64,000 nucleotides of DNA. It comes from Piromyces finnis finn (taxonomy: Eukaryota; Fungi; Neocallimastigomycota). Each line of letters starts with the position of its first letter. The stretch's first letter is position 1. Location of the stretch: positions 930,001 through 994,000 of the forward strand of contig MCFH01000008.1 of assembly GCA_002104945.1 (NCBI GenBank), written 5' to 3'. Position numbers and translations under genes: made by a program. The notes beneath the pieces were generated by a model. It was not told the origin of the DNA and made no database searches. It saw only the letters and a program-made list of their open reading frames with translations. Of this stretch, positions 48,318 through 60,393 are shown piece after piece.

Positions 48318-49315
48318 GTATTTCGGATACAAAATTGAATAATAATAACAATGCATAAGAAATTGTTAATGAGAAATGTTAGAGGGAGCCCTTTTTATTA
48401 TATAGTTTTTCTTTTATTAATTTATACTATGCTATTATATATATATATATTTATTTATTTTATTAAATATGTTGTACTATCTATGTGTACATATTCTTGT
48501 GTTTGCAAAAATAAAACTATTTTAAATTTTCTATTGTGTGTTGTGTGTGTGTATGTGGGAACAAGTTTTGACAATAATAATTTAAGAGGATGAAAATAAC
48601 TTTGCTATGTGTCAAATTAACTCAAATATTTTACTTTTTAATAGTAACTTTGTAAAAAAAAAAAAAAAATTCATGTTTTATGTTATTGATGAAGAGTGAT
48701 CAATGATTAATGTTTATGAGATATAAAGAAATAACCAAGAATGTTGACCAATTTTGAACTTTTTTTTTTTATATCTATTAATAATTTTTTATTAGATTAA
48801 TTAAAATGAATTTTTATATTAATATTATTTATTATTTTTTACTTGTTTTGTAAATACTATTTCTATTTGAATATTTTATATATAAAATATATAAAATAGA
48901 AAAGTATATATATTTAAATATCTTTTGAGTAAGCTGAAAATTTATATTTTAAAATATAAAAAAATATATTCAATATCTTATGTTCATTTTTGTATTAGCA
49001 TTATAATCAAATTATAATACTAATACCAAAATTTTATTAATATAATTATTTCTTTTGCTATTGACCACAAAGTATTTAAAATTATTATTACTTTCTTATA
49101 ATTTTCAGAAAAATATTTATTATTGTTTATATTATGAAGATGATACGTATATTGGTAATTACTAATACCTATAATAAAATATACTCAATTTTTATTTTCA
49201 TTTATTAAAAGAATATTTCAAAGAGAATATACTTTTTTGTAAATTTCATATATAAAAAAGGATTGGAAGGATTAAGTATTAAAAAGTAAAAAAAAAAAGA
49301 TTATATACACATTAT

Positions 49316-49468
49316 TTTAATTGTCTTAATGATAATAAGATATATGTGGTGATTGAACGAGGTAACGCTAAATATTTCATATTCTAATTTAATTGTCTTA
49401 ATGATAATAAGATATATGTGGTGATTGAACGAGGTAACGCTAAATATTTCATATTCTAATTTAATTGT
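49316..49468. repeat. 72-bp tandem duplication (about 2.1 copies)
   Basis: TTGTCTTAATGATAATAAGATATATGTGGTGATTGAACGAGGTAACGC... starts at both 49321 and 49393. Confidence 0.95.
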
Positions 49469-50728
49469 TTAATGTAGCTCAAATTTAAAAAAAAAAAAGG
49501 AAGAAAAAATAAAATATGTGAATAAGCTTATTAAAATTTAAAATATTTGAAGTTATTTTTGAATAATATAATAATGATATATAAGAAGTTTAAAAGATTA
49601 TGTATTGTTGATGTAGCTGTCATTATTATCAATATTTTGAATTTCATATTTTTTCCTAAGGCTCATTCTAATGTACCTTACATCTATGAAAGAATTAAAA
49701 ATCATACTTTTTAATTTATTTGATTATATTATTATTATGCAAGATAGAAATAAAAATGAATATTGCAGAAAAATTAAGGATTAGTATAATAGGGTTATAC
49801 CATATATATTTAGATATATATATTAAACTGACTCTTTGATAATACATATATGAATTCTTTCTATATTATTTGAATGTTAAAATGTAATTAATATATATAA
49901 TAAATTATTATTAAGGAAGTTTACCAAAGCAGAAAGATTTTTATTTCTTTTAATAATATATAATAATAGTATTATATGCATATTCTATAAAAATATTACA
50001 TCTATTTTATCTAACAACATACTAAAACATGCTTTTATTTTTTTATTATTTTTATATCCCATTTTTCAAAGTAAAGTATTATTATTACTGAAAGTATGCT
50101 CTATTTTTAATTATAGAAATTAAATTTAGTATACAATATTGAAAATTGAAAAATTAATTTGAGTATTATGTGTTATTATGTTTAAAAAAAAAAAAGTTTA
50201 TTTTTTGGCTATCGTTATTAATATTTATCACTAGTACTCCATTGTTATCAGTAAGAATATTATAATATTCAGTGAATAAAATTAAAATAAAATGTTTTGG
50301 TATTACAAAAGAAACAACAACAACGACTTTATTACCTTTGTATATATATATATAAACATTTCTGGGAAAAATTATAAATACTATTAATAATTAAAATTTT
50401 GATGCATCATTCTAGATAAAAAAATTTCATATCAAAAGAATATGCATTTTTTAAATATGAATAAGTAATATTTTGTAAACTAATTTAATTTTCAATAATA
50501 TTTCTTAATAGAAATATAGTTTGTGCTAATAAATATTATACATTTATTAAGATATGAATATGATACTTTTATAATACTCTAAAATATATGTATTTATTCG
50601 AGCATTTAATAATATTCTATTTACTGATTCAAAAAACGTGATATTATAAATTGATTCCATTATTTTTAGCAAATAATTATTTATTCATTTCAATATCATA
50701 TCATTTATATTATTTGATACATTTTAGA

Positions 50729-51159
50729 TATATATAATATCTTACTTGGAGTATTAATTTTTTTTTATATTATTTACTAATGTACAGAAAAAAGAGCTAC
50801 TATAAATTTATTCCGTTATTTTTAGCAAATTGTTATTTATTCATTACAACATTATATCATTCAACATTCAATATATATAATATCTTACTTGGAGTATTAA
50901 TTTTTTTTTATATTATTTACTAATGTACAGAAAAAAGAGCTACTATAAATTTATTCCGTTATTTTTAGCAAATTGTTATTTATTCATTACAACATTATAT
51001 CATTCAACATTCAATATATATAATATCTTACTTGGAGTATTAATTTTTTTTTATATTATTTACTAATGTACAGAAAAAAGAGCTACTATAAATTTATTCC
51101 GTTATTTTTAGCAAATTGTTATTTATTCATTACAACATTATATCATTCAACATTCAATA
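50729..51159. repeat. 143-bp tandem repeat, three near-identical copies plus a diverged partial copy upstream (about 50655-50728)
   Basis: CTTACTTGGAGTATT recurs at 50741, 50884 and 51027. Confidence 0.95.
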
Positions 51160-54100
51160 TCTTTATAAGATCTTACTTTTGAATATTACATTATTTTCAT
51201 ATCATTTATAATTTATTTTTAGTTTAATTATTTATATAGCATAGTGCTTTAAAAGCTATATAATATAATTTTATTGGTGAGTTAATAATGATTCTATAAT
51301 ACTATAATGGTTAGATATTATTATTCATATATATTCTATGAACCTTATTTAATTTTAAATAATATTTTAATTATGACCTAGTATAATTTTAAAAAATAAG
51401 ATTTTAATTTTTTTTTTTTTTTCATTTTCTGTATTTTTTATTTAATATATTAAAATTAATAAATGATTTTTTTTTTTAAAAAGGTAGCTTTTTCATACCA
51501 TAATAGATTTATTATTATTGCTTTAGTATATTATAAAATATCTTATAATTCCATGAATAAAAAAAATTCATAATTTCTAAGGAAAAGGTTTTTTTTAGCT
51601 TGTATTCTATCAAAGTATTATTTTATAGTTTACTAAACAATATTCTTTTATATTGTTTTTAATAGATATTAATATATATAATTTTCTTTATTACTAGAAT
51701 ATATAGAAATGATAATTTCAATGGTAACTTTATTATTTTATATATATCAATTTCCATTCCAATTCAGAGATACCATAAAAATGTTACAATTGTGCTAATG
51801 GTTTTAGCTTTTAGTATCAAAATGCTATAAAAATTCTAAAGTCTTATTTGTGGTATGATACATATGTCATTTTTAAAATTTTTTTTTCATATTTATTCTA
51901 TTTGGTAATTTTCAAATTATAATATATGTACCTAATATATTATTTAATTTCATTTGATTTATTTTTTTCAATATTATATATATTGTTGCATATATTATAA
52001 TATAAGCTATACATAAAGTAATTATATATGAATAAAGTTATTAAGATTTAATTACTACATGTAATGATCCATATATTATTTAATTAAAATCAATTTAAAA
52101 AACTGCCAAAAATATCCAAATAAATCCAAATAAATTAAATTATCATTATATATATTAAATTATAATCATAGTCATAATATTTCAATTAGATATTAAAATT
52201 CTGTGTATTTGATTAATATACTCTAATATATTTTGTGAATAATATATTATTTAATATATATTTTTGTGTTGCTGAGACCCAAAAGAAATTAATAAAATCT
52301 ACTCTACTAATTAATATCTTTCTATAACAATAATCATATCTCAAATATATCATAATATATTACATTGTAAATTACATAATATATAAACAATACAGAACTA
52401 CATTACCACTATCAATGATTTCTAAAGTATTTTAAGCATACAAAAATAAATTCTTGAAATGAATATTGTATGAATTGCTTTTGGAAATATGCCTTTTAGC
52501 TATTGATTCCTTCTTTATTTCATTAGTATTATTAATATATTAATATTAGTATATTTGATTTATCTTTTTTCCAATTCTTGAGTTGGCTCATTTATTTTTA
52601 TTTATTATTTTTTTTTTTGATATAAAAAATGAAGTTATTGTTGGTATGACAAATTAATAAAATGATATAAAAAAGCCTATATTATTTATTATTTATATAT
52701 TGTAGTATATTAAATATTATTTTAATTAAATTTCATCATAATCTTTAAAGCCATGTACATTTTAGTTTGTATAGAAAAAAATAAAAACTTAATTTTATAT
52801 ATAAAATAATTTTTAATTTATTTTTATATGTAGAATAAAGGATCGAAGTAAATTCACAGAATTCTAAAAATGAAGAGGAAAAAGTGTGTGAAGAACAATG
52901 AAGTTTTACTATTAATCATTTATTATAATACTAATAGCTAATAGCAATAAAGTTAATTCTAATGGCTACATTTTTAATAGTTAAGATGATATATGCTTCT
53001 TAAAGTAATTGAAAAAAAAGCAACATTTTTTATATAACAGACAAAGAAAATAATTATTGAAATTAAAAAATGAATTATGTGTTATTTAATTTTTGTAAAG
53101 TAATTCATTTATTACTAATTTTTTTTTTTGACATTAATAGAATTTTTAAATATATTATTAAATTATATTATTAATCTTGTTAATAAAAATTATAAGGTTT
53201 TATATTGAAGGAATAATAATATTTAATACCTTTTTTTTTTTTTATTATTTAGTTTTATTTATGTTAATAATACAATTAATAGTTATGCATTCATTCTTTA
53301 TTTTATATATATATATACGCTTTTTCATTTTTTTTTTCTTTTTTACTTTTATTATATACTTTTTTTTTTTTTCTTGTATCTTATTTTAATATTTAATTTT
53401 TAATTAATGTATTATTAAATATTAAAAAAAAAAAAAAAAAAAAACAAGAAAGGAAATAAAATAATTAATACAAAATATATTAATACTATATTGGGAATTA
53501 TTTTTTTGATAAAAAATCAAAAATGTTTTTTACATCTATTTCCTATTTCTAAGTATATTGTAAATATATTAATAATATAATTATATATTTAAAAATATAT
53601 ATATTATATTAAAATGATGAGATTTTAGAAATTTTAAATATTAATATTCATTTTAATCATAATTTTTTTATATATTAATGTATATATAAATAGAAGGGCT
53701 TTTGTTACAACAATTTTTTTTATAAAAAAACCCTCAATTTTAAATTTAATTAAAAGAATTCGAAAGATATTTTTTTTTAAAAAAGAATATTTTATTATTT
53801 ATTATATATAGAAGTCATTGTTTTATACTTAATATAGATAATGATAAAACTGTAAAAAAGTGTTATTTATAAGAAGCAATTTGAATTAAATTAACTTCAT
53901 ATATCAGGACATATGGTAAATAACTTTTTGTTTTGTAGTCTTTTTTTTTTTTTTTTTTTTTTTCTTCATATATATTTAATACTTTTAAAATAATGTAGAA
54001 TGAAATAAATAATAAAATTATTGTTAAAAAGAAAAAGTATTGTAATTAATATTCAAAAAGGTATTTTAATTGAATTTTTATTGGCTTTGAAAAAGTTTTT

Positions 54101-54458
54101 TTTTTTTTTTTTTTTTTGAAAAAAGGAAAGATAAAGAAATTGATAATGATAATACTTTTTTAAAGCAAAAATTTTTACAATTATAAATTTGTTTTGAAAT
54201 AATATATGTATATAAGAAACTAAAAAATATTTGTAGTAATTAATTTTTGGATATATTATATATTTTATATTTTTTATAATTTGTTATATATATTTTTGTT
54301 AATCTTTTTTAAATTACTAATTATGTGCTCTTCATTATATTATTATAGATATATTAATCAAGTTTCGTCTTTTCATTCGCGTTATTTCATAATTTATTTT
54401 ATTTTATTTATTTATTTTGTATATTATATATATAATATATTTTCAAGATACCAATATC

Positions 54459-57400
54459 ATGCCAAATAATAAAATAAATATGTCGCCTTCAGTAATAAAT
54501 AATTCAATTATAAGCAAAAATCATAAAATAGATAATGATAATGTTTTCGTCAAGATATCTTCAACATCGTTAGCATCAAAAACTGATTCAGAGTATGAAA
54601 ATGAGAAAATATATAGGAAAAAGAAACGTTATAGAAATGATAATCATACCAACACTGATGATTATAATAATAAAGATGGAATTCATCGTGTAAAACGCCA
54701 AGCTCTCAATGTTGAGGGTGATCATGATATAAATAATATTTGTTTAAATCAGATTCCAGCATGTTCAAAATCAATATCTAACAGTGAAAAAAGAAGTATA
54801 TCAAAAAATGACTCGAATGGTAGTAATTTTACAAATATAGCATCTTTAAAATATGATAGTGTTGATATTACCAACTTTAACCAGGAGATTGAAAGTAAAA
54901 GTAATGCTAAATTAATTCATGAATCAACTTGCAATGATAGTAATGATGAAAATATAAACAATGCAAACAAGTCTGTAGGTAATAGTTACAACTATAATGG
55001 CTTTAATAAAAAAAAATATAATAATAATTCAGAAAAATCAAGATTTTGGAGTATTCGTAATTCTTCAAATTCAATTCAAAAAATTGATGCTAATAAAATT
55101 CCCCAAGGAGGAAATGATTTACCAAATCAAAATAGAAAGAAACACTCTTTTTTAAAGAAAAATGAAAATACAATTTCGAAAAATAAGATAAAACCAATAT
55201 CAATTATGGCAGCAGCGGCTGCAGTAAATCAAACAAATTTATCACCAAATACTAAAATGACAGTAATACAATCTTTAAATAAAGACTTAAGATCAAAGAA
55301 ATTATCAATACATAAATCAATTATTTCATCAAATCCGCAGTTGGTCCATACTAAGAGTCATTATTTAGTAAATTCAAAAACTAATGCAATTTCTAGTACA
55401 AATAATTCTAATTCAAATCATTCCTCCCCTTCTAATGTTTTAGCCCCAACCGTATCAATTCGTTCAATGGTTACGACAAAGGAAGCAGGTGTTATTATTG
55501 GTAGAGAAGGAAAAAATGTATCGAAAATTCGTGAAATAAGTGGTGCTAAAGTTACTGTTTCTGAACATGTTTCAGGTACTTTGGATCGTATTATTACTGT
55601 ATCTGGTGAAATTGATAAGGTTGTGAAGGCTTTTTATTTACTTACAAAGCGTGTTGTTGTTGAATTTGAAAAAGAAAAACTTGGATTTTCTAAAGTTTCT
55701 GAATTAACTGCTTTAAATAAAGATCATGATATTGATAATGACAACTCAAATGATAATTATACCATCAACGATTCTTCTTCTATTAATGAAAAAAATAAAC
55801 CTTCAAATTCTTCATCATCAAAAATTAATGATACTACTATTCAAAATAATAACATTAATAATAATCAGGATACAAATGATAATGACTGGTATCAAATAAA
55901 TTCACATGGAGATGATCATGAAGAAATTAATGACATTCAAGTAAGTTCAAAGGATCTGAATAATGATGATATTACTACTGTATTAAACACTATGAATGCT
56001 ACGAATATTAATGATGAAGATATATCAATAATGAAAAATGCTACAAGTGAAAATGTCGATGATAATATTCAAGATATGGAATTAGAAAATGAAAAAAATA
56101 ATATAGATGAAGATAATGATAATGATCCTAAAGAACTTTATGAAGAAAAAGTGTTATCTTTAAGAATATTAGTGCCTGATGCTCGCGTAGGTTCAATTAT
56201 TGGAAAAGGTGGCATTAGAATAAAAGAAATTCAAGAAAAATCTAATGCTACTATTATTGCTGAAGAAGATATTTTACCAAATTCAACTGAAAAGGTCTTG
56301 ACTATTAATGGAACTGTTGAGGCCATAAGAATAGCTATATATAATATTGGCAATATATTAAGAGAAAATACAGATAAACATTTTTATACCAAATATTTTA
56401 AACCTATACCAATGTCTTTTCATCAGAATCCTATTCCTTCTTCTTTTTCTATTTCACTACCATCTCCAGTTTTACCACCTGATCCATCATCTCCTCCATT
56501 TGGTTATTCATTTTTGAATTCACCCGTAATTCCACCACCACCACCTCCACTAACTTCAAGCTTACCAATACCATTAGGATCATATCAACAACTACCTATA
56601 ATATCACCGTTCAATAATGATCCTTCTAGTTCTTTTCCGCAGTATAATGTAAAACATCAATTTCCAAAAAGTTTTCATAAATCATATAAAAATAATAACG
56701 CTAGTAGTAGCATTATAAATAGTACTAATATTGGTAGTAAAAGTGCTATTAATAATTCAAATAACGCAAATAAAAAAAGTACTACTAGTAATTCGAATAA
56801 TACTAATAGTAAAAATACTAATAATGATATAAATGATGATGATGATGATGATGATGATAATAATAATAATAATAATAACAGTAATAAAAATAACAACAAC
56901 AACAGCAATATAAAAAATACTATTAGTAAAACTATTAAATATAACAGTAATCCTAATACAATTGATTTTAAGTTTAATAATAGTTCTAATGTTGTTACCT
57001 TTAAAGGAAATAAAAATAATTTAAATTCAAATTTTAATGTTAACGCGAATTCTAATACATCTTCTTCTAATAGTAATAAAAAGAATAAACCAACATTTTC
57101 TAAACCGAATTCTAATCGTCATAATAATTCTCAACATTCTAAAAATCCTCATAATAAGAATCATTTAAAAGTCCCATGCAATTCTGTTATTTTTTCATCA
57201 TCACCAACAATTCCTCAGGGACCTGGACTAATGGAAATGACTCCTAACCCAAATACACCTTTAATGATTCAAAATGTAGATATGAACATGAATATGGGAT
57301 TAGATGTTCCTCTATATCATATTGGTAACTATAATATGAAAGTTGGTATACCTGGTATAATAAGTTCTTCTCAACATATCTTACCCCTTCCAGGTTTAAA

Positions 57401-58031
57401 TGATTTTCATATCATGTCACCCCCTGTCACTCCACCACCTCCAACATTATCTTCATCCTATTTTGGTAATAAAAATATGATTACTAATATATCATTAACA
57501 CCAAATTTTAATGGAGTACCATCAAATATTTCTTCATTAAATCCAATAAAAAGTAAAATAAATGGTGGTAGTTTTCCTTCTTTGAATAATACAAGTCAAT
57601 CTACGATAAATCCATCTTCACCTTCATCACCAGTTTTTTCATTTTTGAATCCAATTAATTCTAATTCAAATCAATCTACAATGAAGGCAACATCTAATCC
57701 TATTCAAGTTTCTCAACTCTATGTATCAAATGAATATATAGGATGTATTATTGGAAAGCAGGGTGAAATTATAAAAAAGATTCGCAATAAATCGGGCTCT
57801 CAAATTAGAATTGCTGATGTTAATCGTAAAAATGGTAAGAATTCCGATAGATTAATTACCATTTCTGGTAGTACAGAAAATAATAGAATTGCCGTGAATA
57901 TAATACTAGGAAGAATAAAAAATGAAAAAATCAAATTAATGAATCAGCATCAACATCAACTTAAGCAACAACAACAAAAACAACAACAACAACCTTCACC
58001 ATGCCAATCTCCATCTTTAAATCCATCTTAA
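54459..58031 (+). CDS. Three-KH-domain RNA-binding protein (PCBP/hnRNP K/Pbp2-Hek2-like) with long low-complexity linkers
   Basis: KH GxxG loops: GVIIGREGKNVSKIRE, GSIIGKGGIRIKEIQE and GCIIGKQGEIIKKIRN. The likely start is ATG 54459 (the ORF track extends to 54417). An upstream exon is not excluded, because TTTTCAAG precedes the start. Confidence 0.9.
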   Translation: MPNNKINMSPSVINNSIISKNHKIDNDNVFVKISSTSLASKTDSEYENEKIYRKKKRYRNDNHTNTDDYNNKDGIHRVKRQALNVEGDHDINNICLNQIPACSKSISNSEKRSISKNDSNGSNFTNIASLKYDSVDITNFNQEIESKSNAKLIHESTCNDSNDENINNANKSVGNSYNYNGFNKKKYNNNSEKSRFWSIRNSSNSIQKIDANKIPQGGNDLPNQNRKKHSFLKKNENTISKNKIKPISIMAAAAAVNQTNLSPNTKMTVIQSLNKDLRSKKLSIHKSIISSNPQLVHTKSHYLVNSKTNAISSTNNSNSNHSSPSNVLAPTVSIRSMVTTKEAGVIIGREGKNVSKIREISGAKVTVSEHVSGTLDRIITVSGEIDKVVKAFYLLTKRVVVEFEKEKLGFSKVSELTALNKDHDIDNDNSNDNYTINDSSSINEKNKPSNSSSSKINDTTIQNNNINNNQDTNDNDWYQINSHGDDHEEINDIQVSSKDLNNDDITTVLNTMNATNINDEDISIMKNATSENVDDNIQDMELENEKNNIDEDNDNDPKELYEEKVLSLRILVPDARVGSIIGKGGIRIKEIQEKSNATIIAEEDILPNSTEKVLTINGTVEAIRIAIYNIGNILRENTDKHFYTKYFKPIPMSFHQNPIPSSFSISLPSPVLPPDPSSPPFGYSFLNSPVIPPPPPPLTSSLPIPLGSYQQLPIISPFNNDPSSSFPQYNVKHQFPKSFHKSYKNNNASSSIINSTNIGSKSAINNSNNANKKSTTSNSNNTNSKNTNNDINDDDDDDDDNNNNNNNSNKNNNNNSNIKNTISKTIKYNSNPNTIDFKFNNSSNVVTFKGNKNNLNSNFNVNANSNTSSSNSNKKNKPTFSKPNSNRHNNSQHSKNPHNKNHLKVPCNSVIFSSSPTIPQGPGLMEMTPNPNTPLMIQNVDMNMNMGLDVPLYHIGNYNMKVGIPGIISSSQHILPLPGLNDFHIMSPPVTPPPPTLSSSYFGNKNMITNISLTPNFNGVPSNISSLNPIKSKINGGSFPSLNNTSQSTINPSSPSSPVFSFLNPINSNSNQSTMKATSNPIQVSQLYVSNEYIGCIIGKQGEIIKKIRNKSGSQIRIADVNRKNGKNSDRLITISGSTENNRIAVNIILGRIKNEKIKLMNQHQHQLKQQQQKQQQQPSPCQSPSLNPS

Positions 58032-58197
58032 AGTTTCAATATTTTTTTTTTCTTTAAAAATTTCATTAAATCTATATTATAAATTTTCTTTAATTTTATT
58101 AATAATGTATTATATTTTACACATTAAAAATTTAGTGCGTGAGATGAAAAATTGTAATTTTTATTTTTCATTTTCTTTCTTTTCTCATAATATTCCC

Positions 58198-58230
<33 letters not shown>

Positions 58231-59262
58231 AATTAGAATTGTAAAATAGAAATAGAAAAACTATAATAGTTTAAATAATTTTATAGATTTATATATTTAT
58301 ATAGTAATAAATAAAAATGTATAATATATCTTTTATGTTGATATTATATAAATAATAATATATTTTTAGTTTTTAATTGAAATAATTAAAAAAAATAATG
58401 ATAGAATAATATAATGACTTTAATTATAATAGTTATAAATATTAAAAAATTAAATATCAATGAGAAATATTAATTTTTTATATTACAACATAGACAATGA
58501 TAATAATTTTAATAATAAATAATCAATTTTCTTAACCACCTAATGTTAATTTATTTTCATTATTTATAATTATCATAATAATAATATAAAACGTATTTTA
58601 AATACATAACATTCATATTTTATCAAGTCAATAATAGTTATAATTACAATATGAAATAAAACTTTTTTTTTTTTTTTTAAATATATATATATATATATAT
58701 ATAATAATGAAGTTTTATATATATCATGATAGTTTGAATTATTATTTAATTATTAATGAATATAATTATTCTAATATTTCTAATATATGTAAAAACATAT
58801 TAAAGTTTTATCTTGGCGAAATATTAAAATAATACAAGAAAGTGAAAAGAACTTTGATATTGTTAAAATTGATTATTGGAAGTTAAATATAATTATTATA
58901 TTAAAATATATTTTATTGACTTCTACAATGGAGATGTAAAAATAAAGTTATAACTGATTTTATTCATTTTTTTTCCATAATATTCATATAATTTATTATA
59001 TTAATAAATTTATTTTAATATATATATAAAGGGTCAAAAATATTTACTACCGCCGTTAAATATTATTTTTTTTTATTTTTTAAGTTTAATTTATTATTGA
59101 TATTGAGTAATTTAAAAACAATAATAAATTCAACTAATAAATAAGTAATTTTAATATTTTTATTTTAATTAAAAATATAGAAATATCTTATAATTATTAT
59201 TACAGTTTTTATTTCATATTTCTTATTAACAAGTAAATTAATAGTGAAAGAGTTGATATTTA

Positions 59263-59343
59263 AGGATTTAGTAAATGGTCCGAGAGGGAGGTCAAAAGGG
59301 TCCCCCCCCAAAAAAAAAAAAAGCTGCGAGGATTTACTAAATC
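59263..59343. repeat. Small GC-rich insert bounded by a quasi-palindromic repeat (GATTTAGTAAAT / ATTTACTAAATC)
   Basis: 59265-59276 and 59332-59343 are perfect 12-bp inverted repeats. They are also direct repeats, AGGATTTA[G/C]TAAAT. Confidence 0.7.
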
Positions 59344-60393
59344 ATCAATAGGTTATATGAAAAGTACTTTGTAACTACTTTTCATATTATTTGTTTAAAT
59401 ATAATATTAATAAAATATATAATACCTAATCCATTAAATGATAATTTGAAAATTACAAATTACTATCTATTGGTTTTATTAAATAATTTTAGTAAAAAGA
59501 TATAAATAAATATAATAGTATATTGATCTTTGTGGATTTGACGAAACCGTTTTTCTTCCTTAATAATGATTTAATGACTCATCCTTATTAATTAGAGAGA
59601 GATTATAATTTAATAGACTATTATGCTATGAAATTCTTATACCAAAATTATAACTTTTATTTTTAATAAAATAGTGTTCTAATTTATGTTCTAAATATAC
59701 AGTGAATAACTATTATAATAACTATTATGAAGTAATAGATTTTATATTTTATTATCAAAAAACTTAAGAAAGCTATATACCATTAAATAAATATTCTGTT
59801 ACTTATTAGATTTATTATTAAAATTATATAATATCTTTTTTAATTTTGTGGATAACACATTACACAAAATTTTTCATTAATTAATTTGAATTTGATATAT
59901 TAATTATCCTTTTTTTTATTATTTAATATATTTTTTTAGTAATATTAATATCAATGAAAATTAAGATAAGAATATTTTAATTTTTTTATAAAACTTTATT
60001 AACTAGACTTTATGAGTAATTATTTTGATAATGGATGAATGAATGTTTATAATTATTATAATATTTAGTATTATTACTTGATATTTTGAATTAATTAAAT
60101 AGGTAATAGTATCAATTTTAACTTTTTTTTTTTTCGTAAATGAATATATATTATTTTTATAAAAATATCATATTATTTAAAAAGATAAAACCTTTATTAT
60201 ATAGTAGTCAATAAGAACTTATTTCCAGCACTATAATTTAGTGCTTTTTCATTCAAATATTATCAAAATTTCAGGAAACATAATAAAACATAACAAAACA
60301 AAAAACAAAAAAAAAAAACAAAAACAAAAACAAAAACAAAAAAAAAAAAATATATATATATATATATATATCAAAATATTAAATATATACACA

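Noticed and set aside
49316-51159. CRISPR-like array interpretation of the tandem repeats
   Set aside because: The units are contiguous with no unique spacers, and the context is eukaryotic with no cas genes.
58795-58945. ~50-codon open frame with W residues, possible transposase relic
   Set aside because: No start codon and no diagnostic motif in a single frame; compatible with chance.
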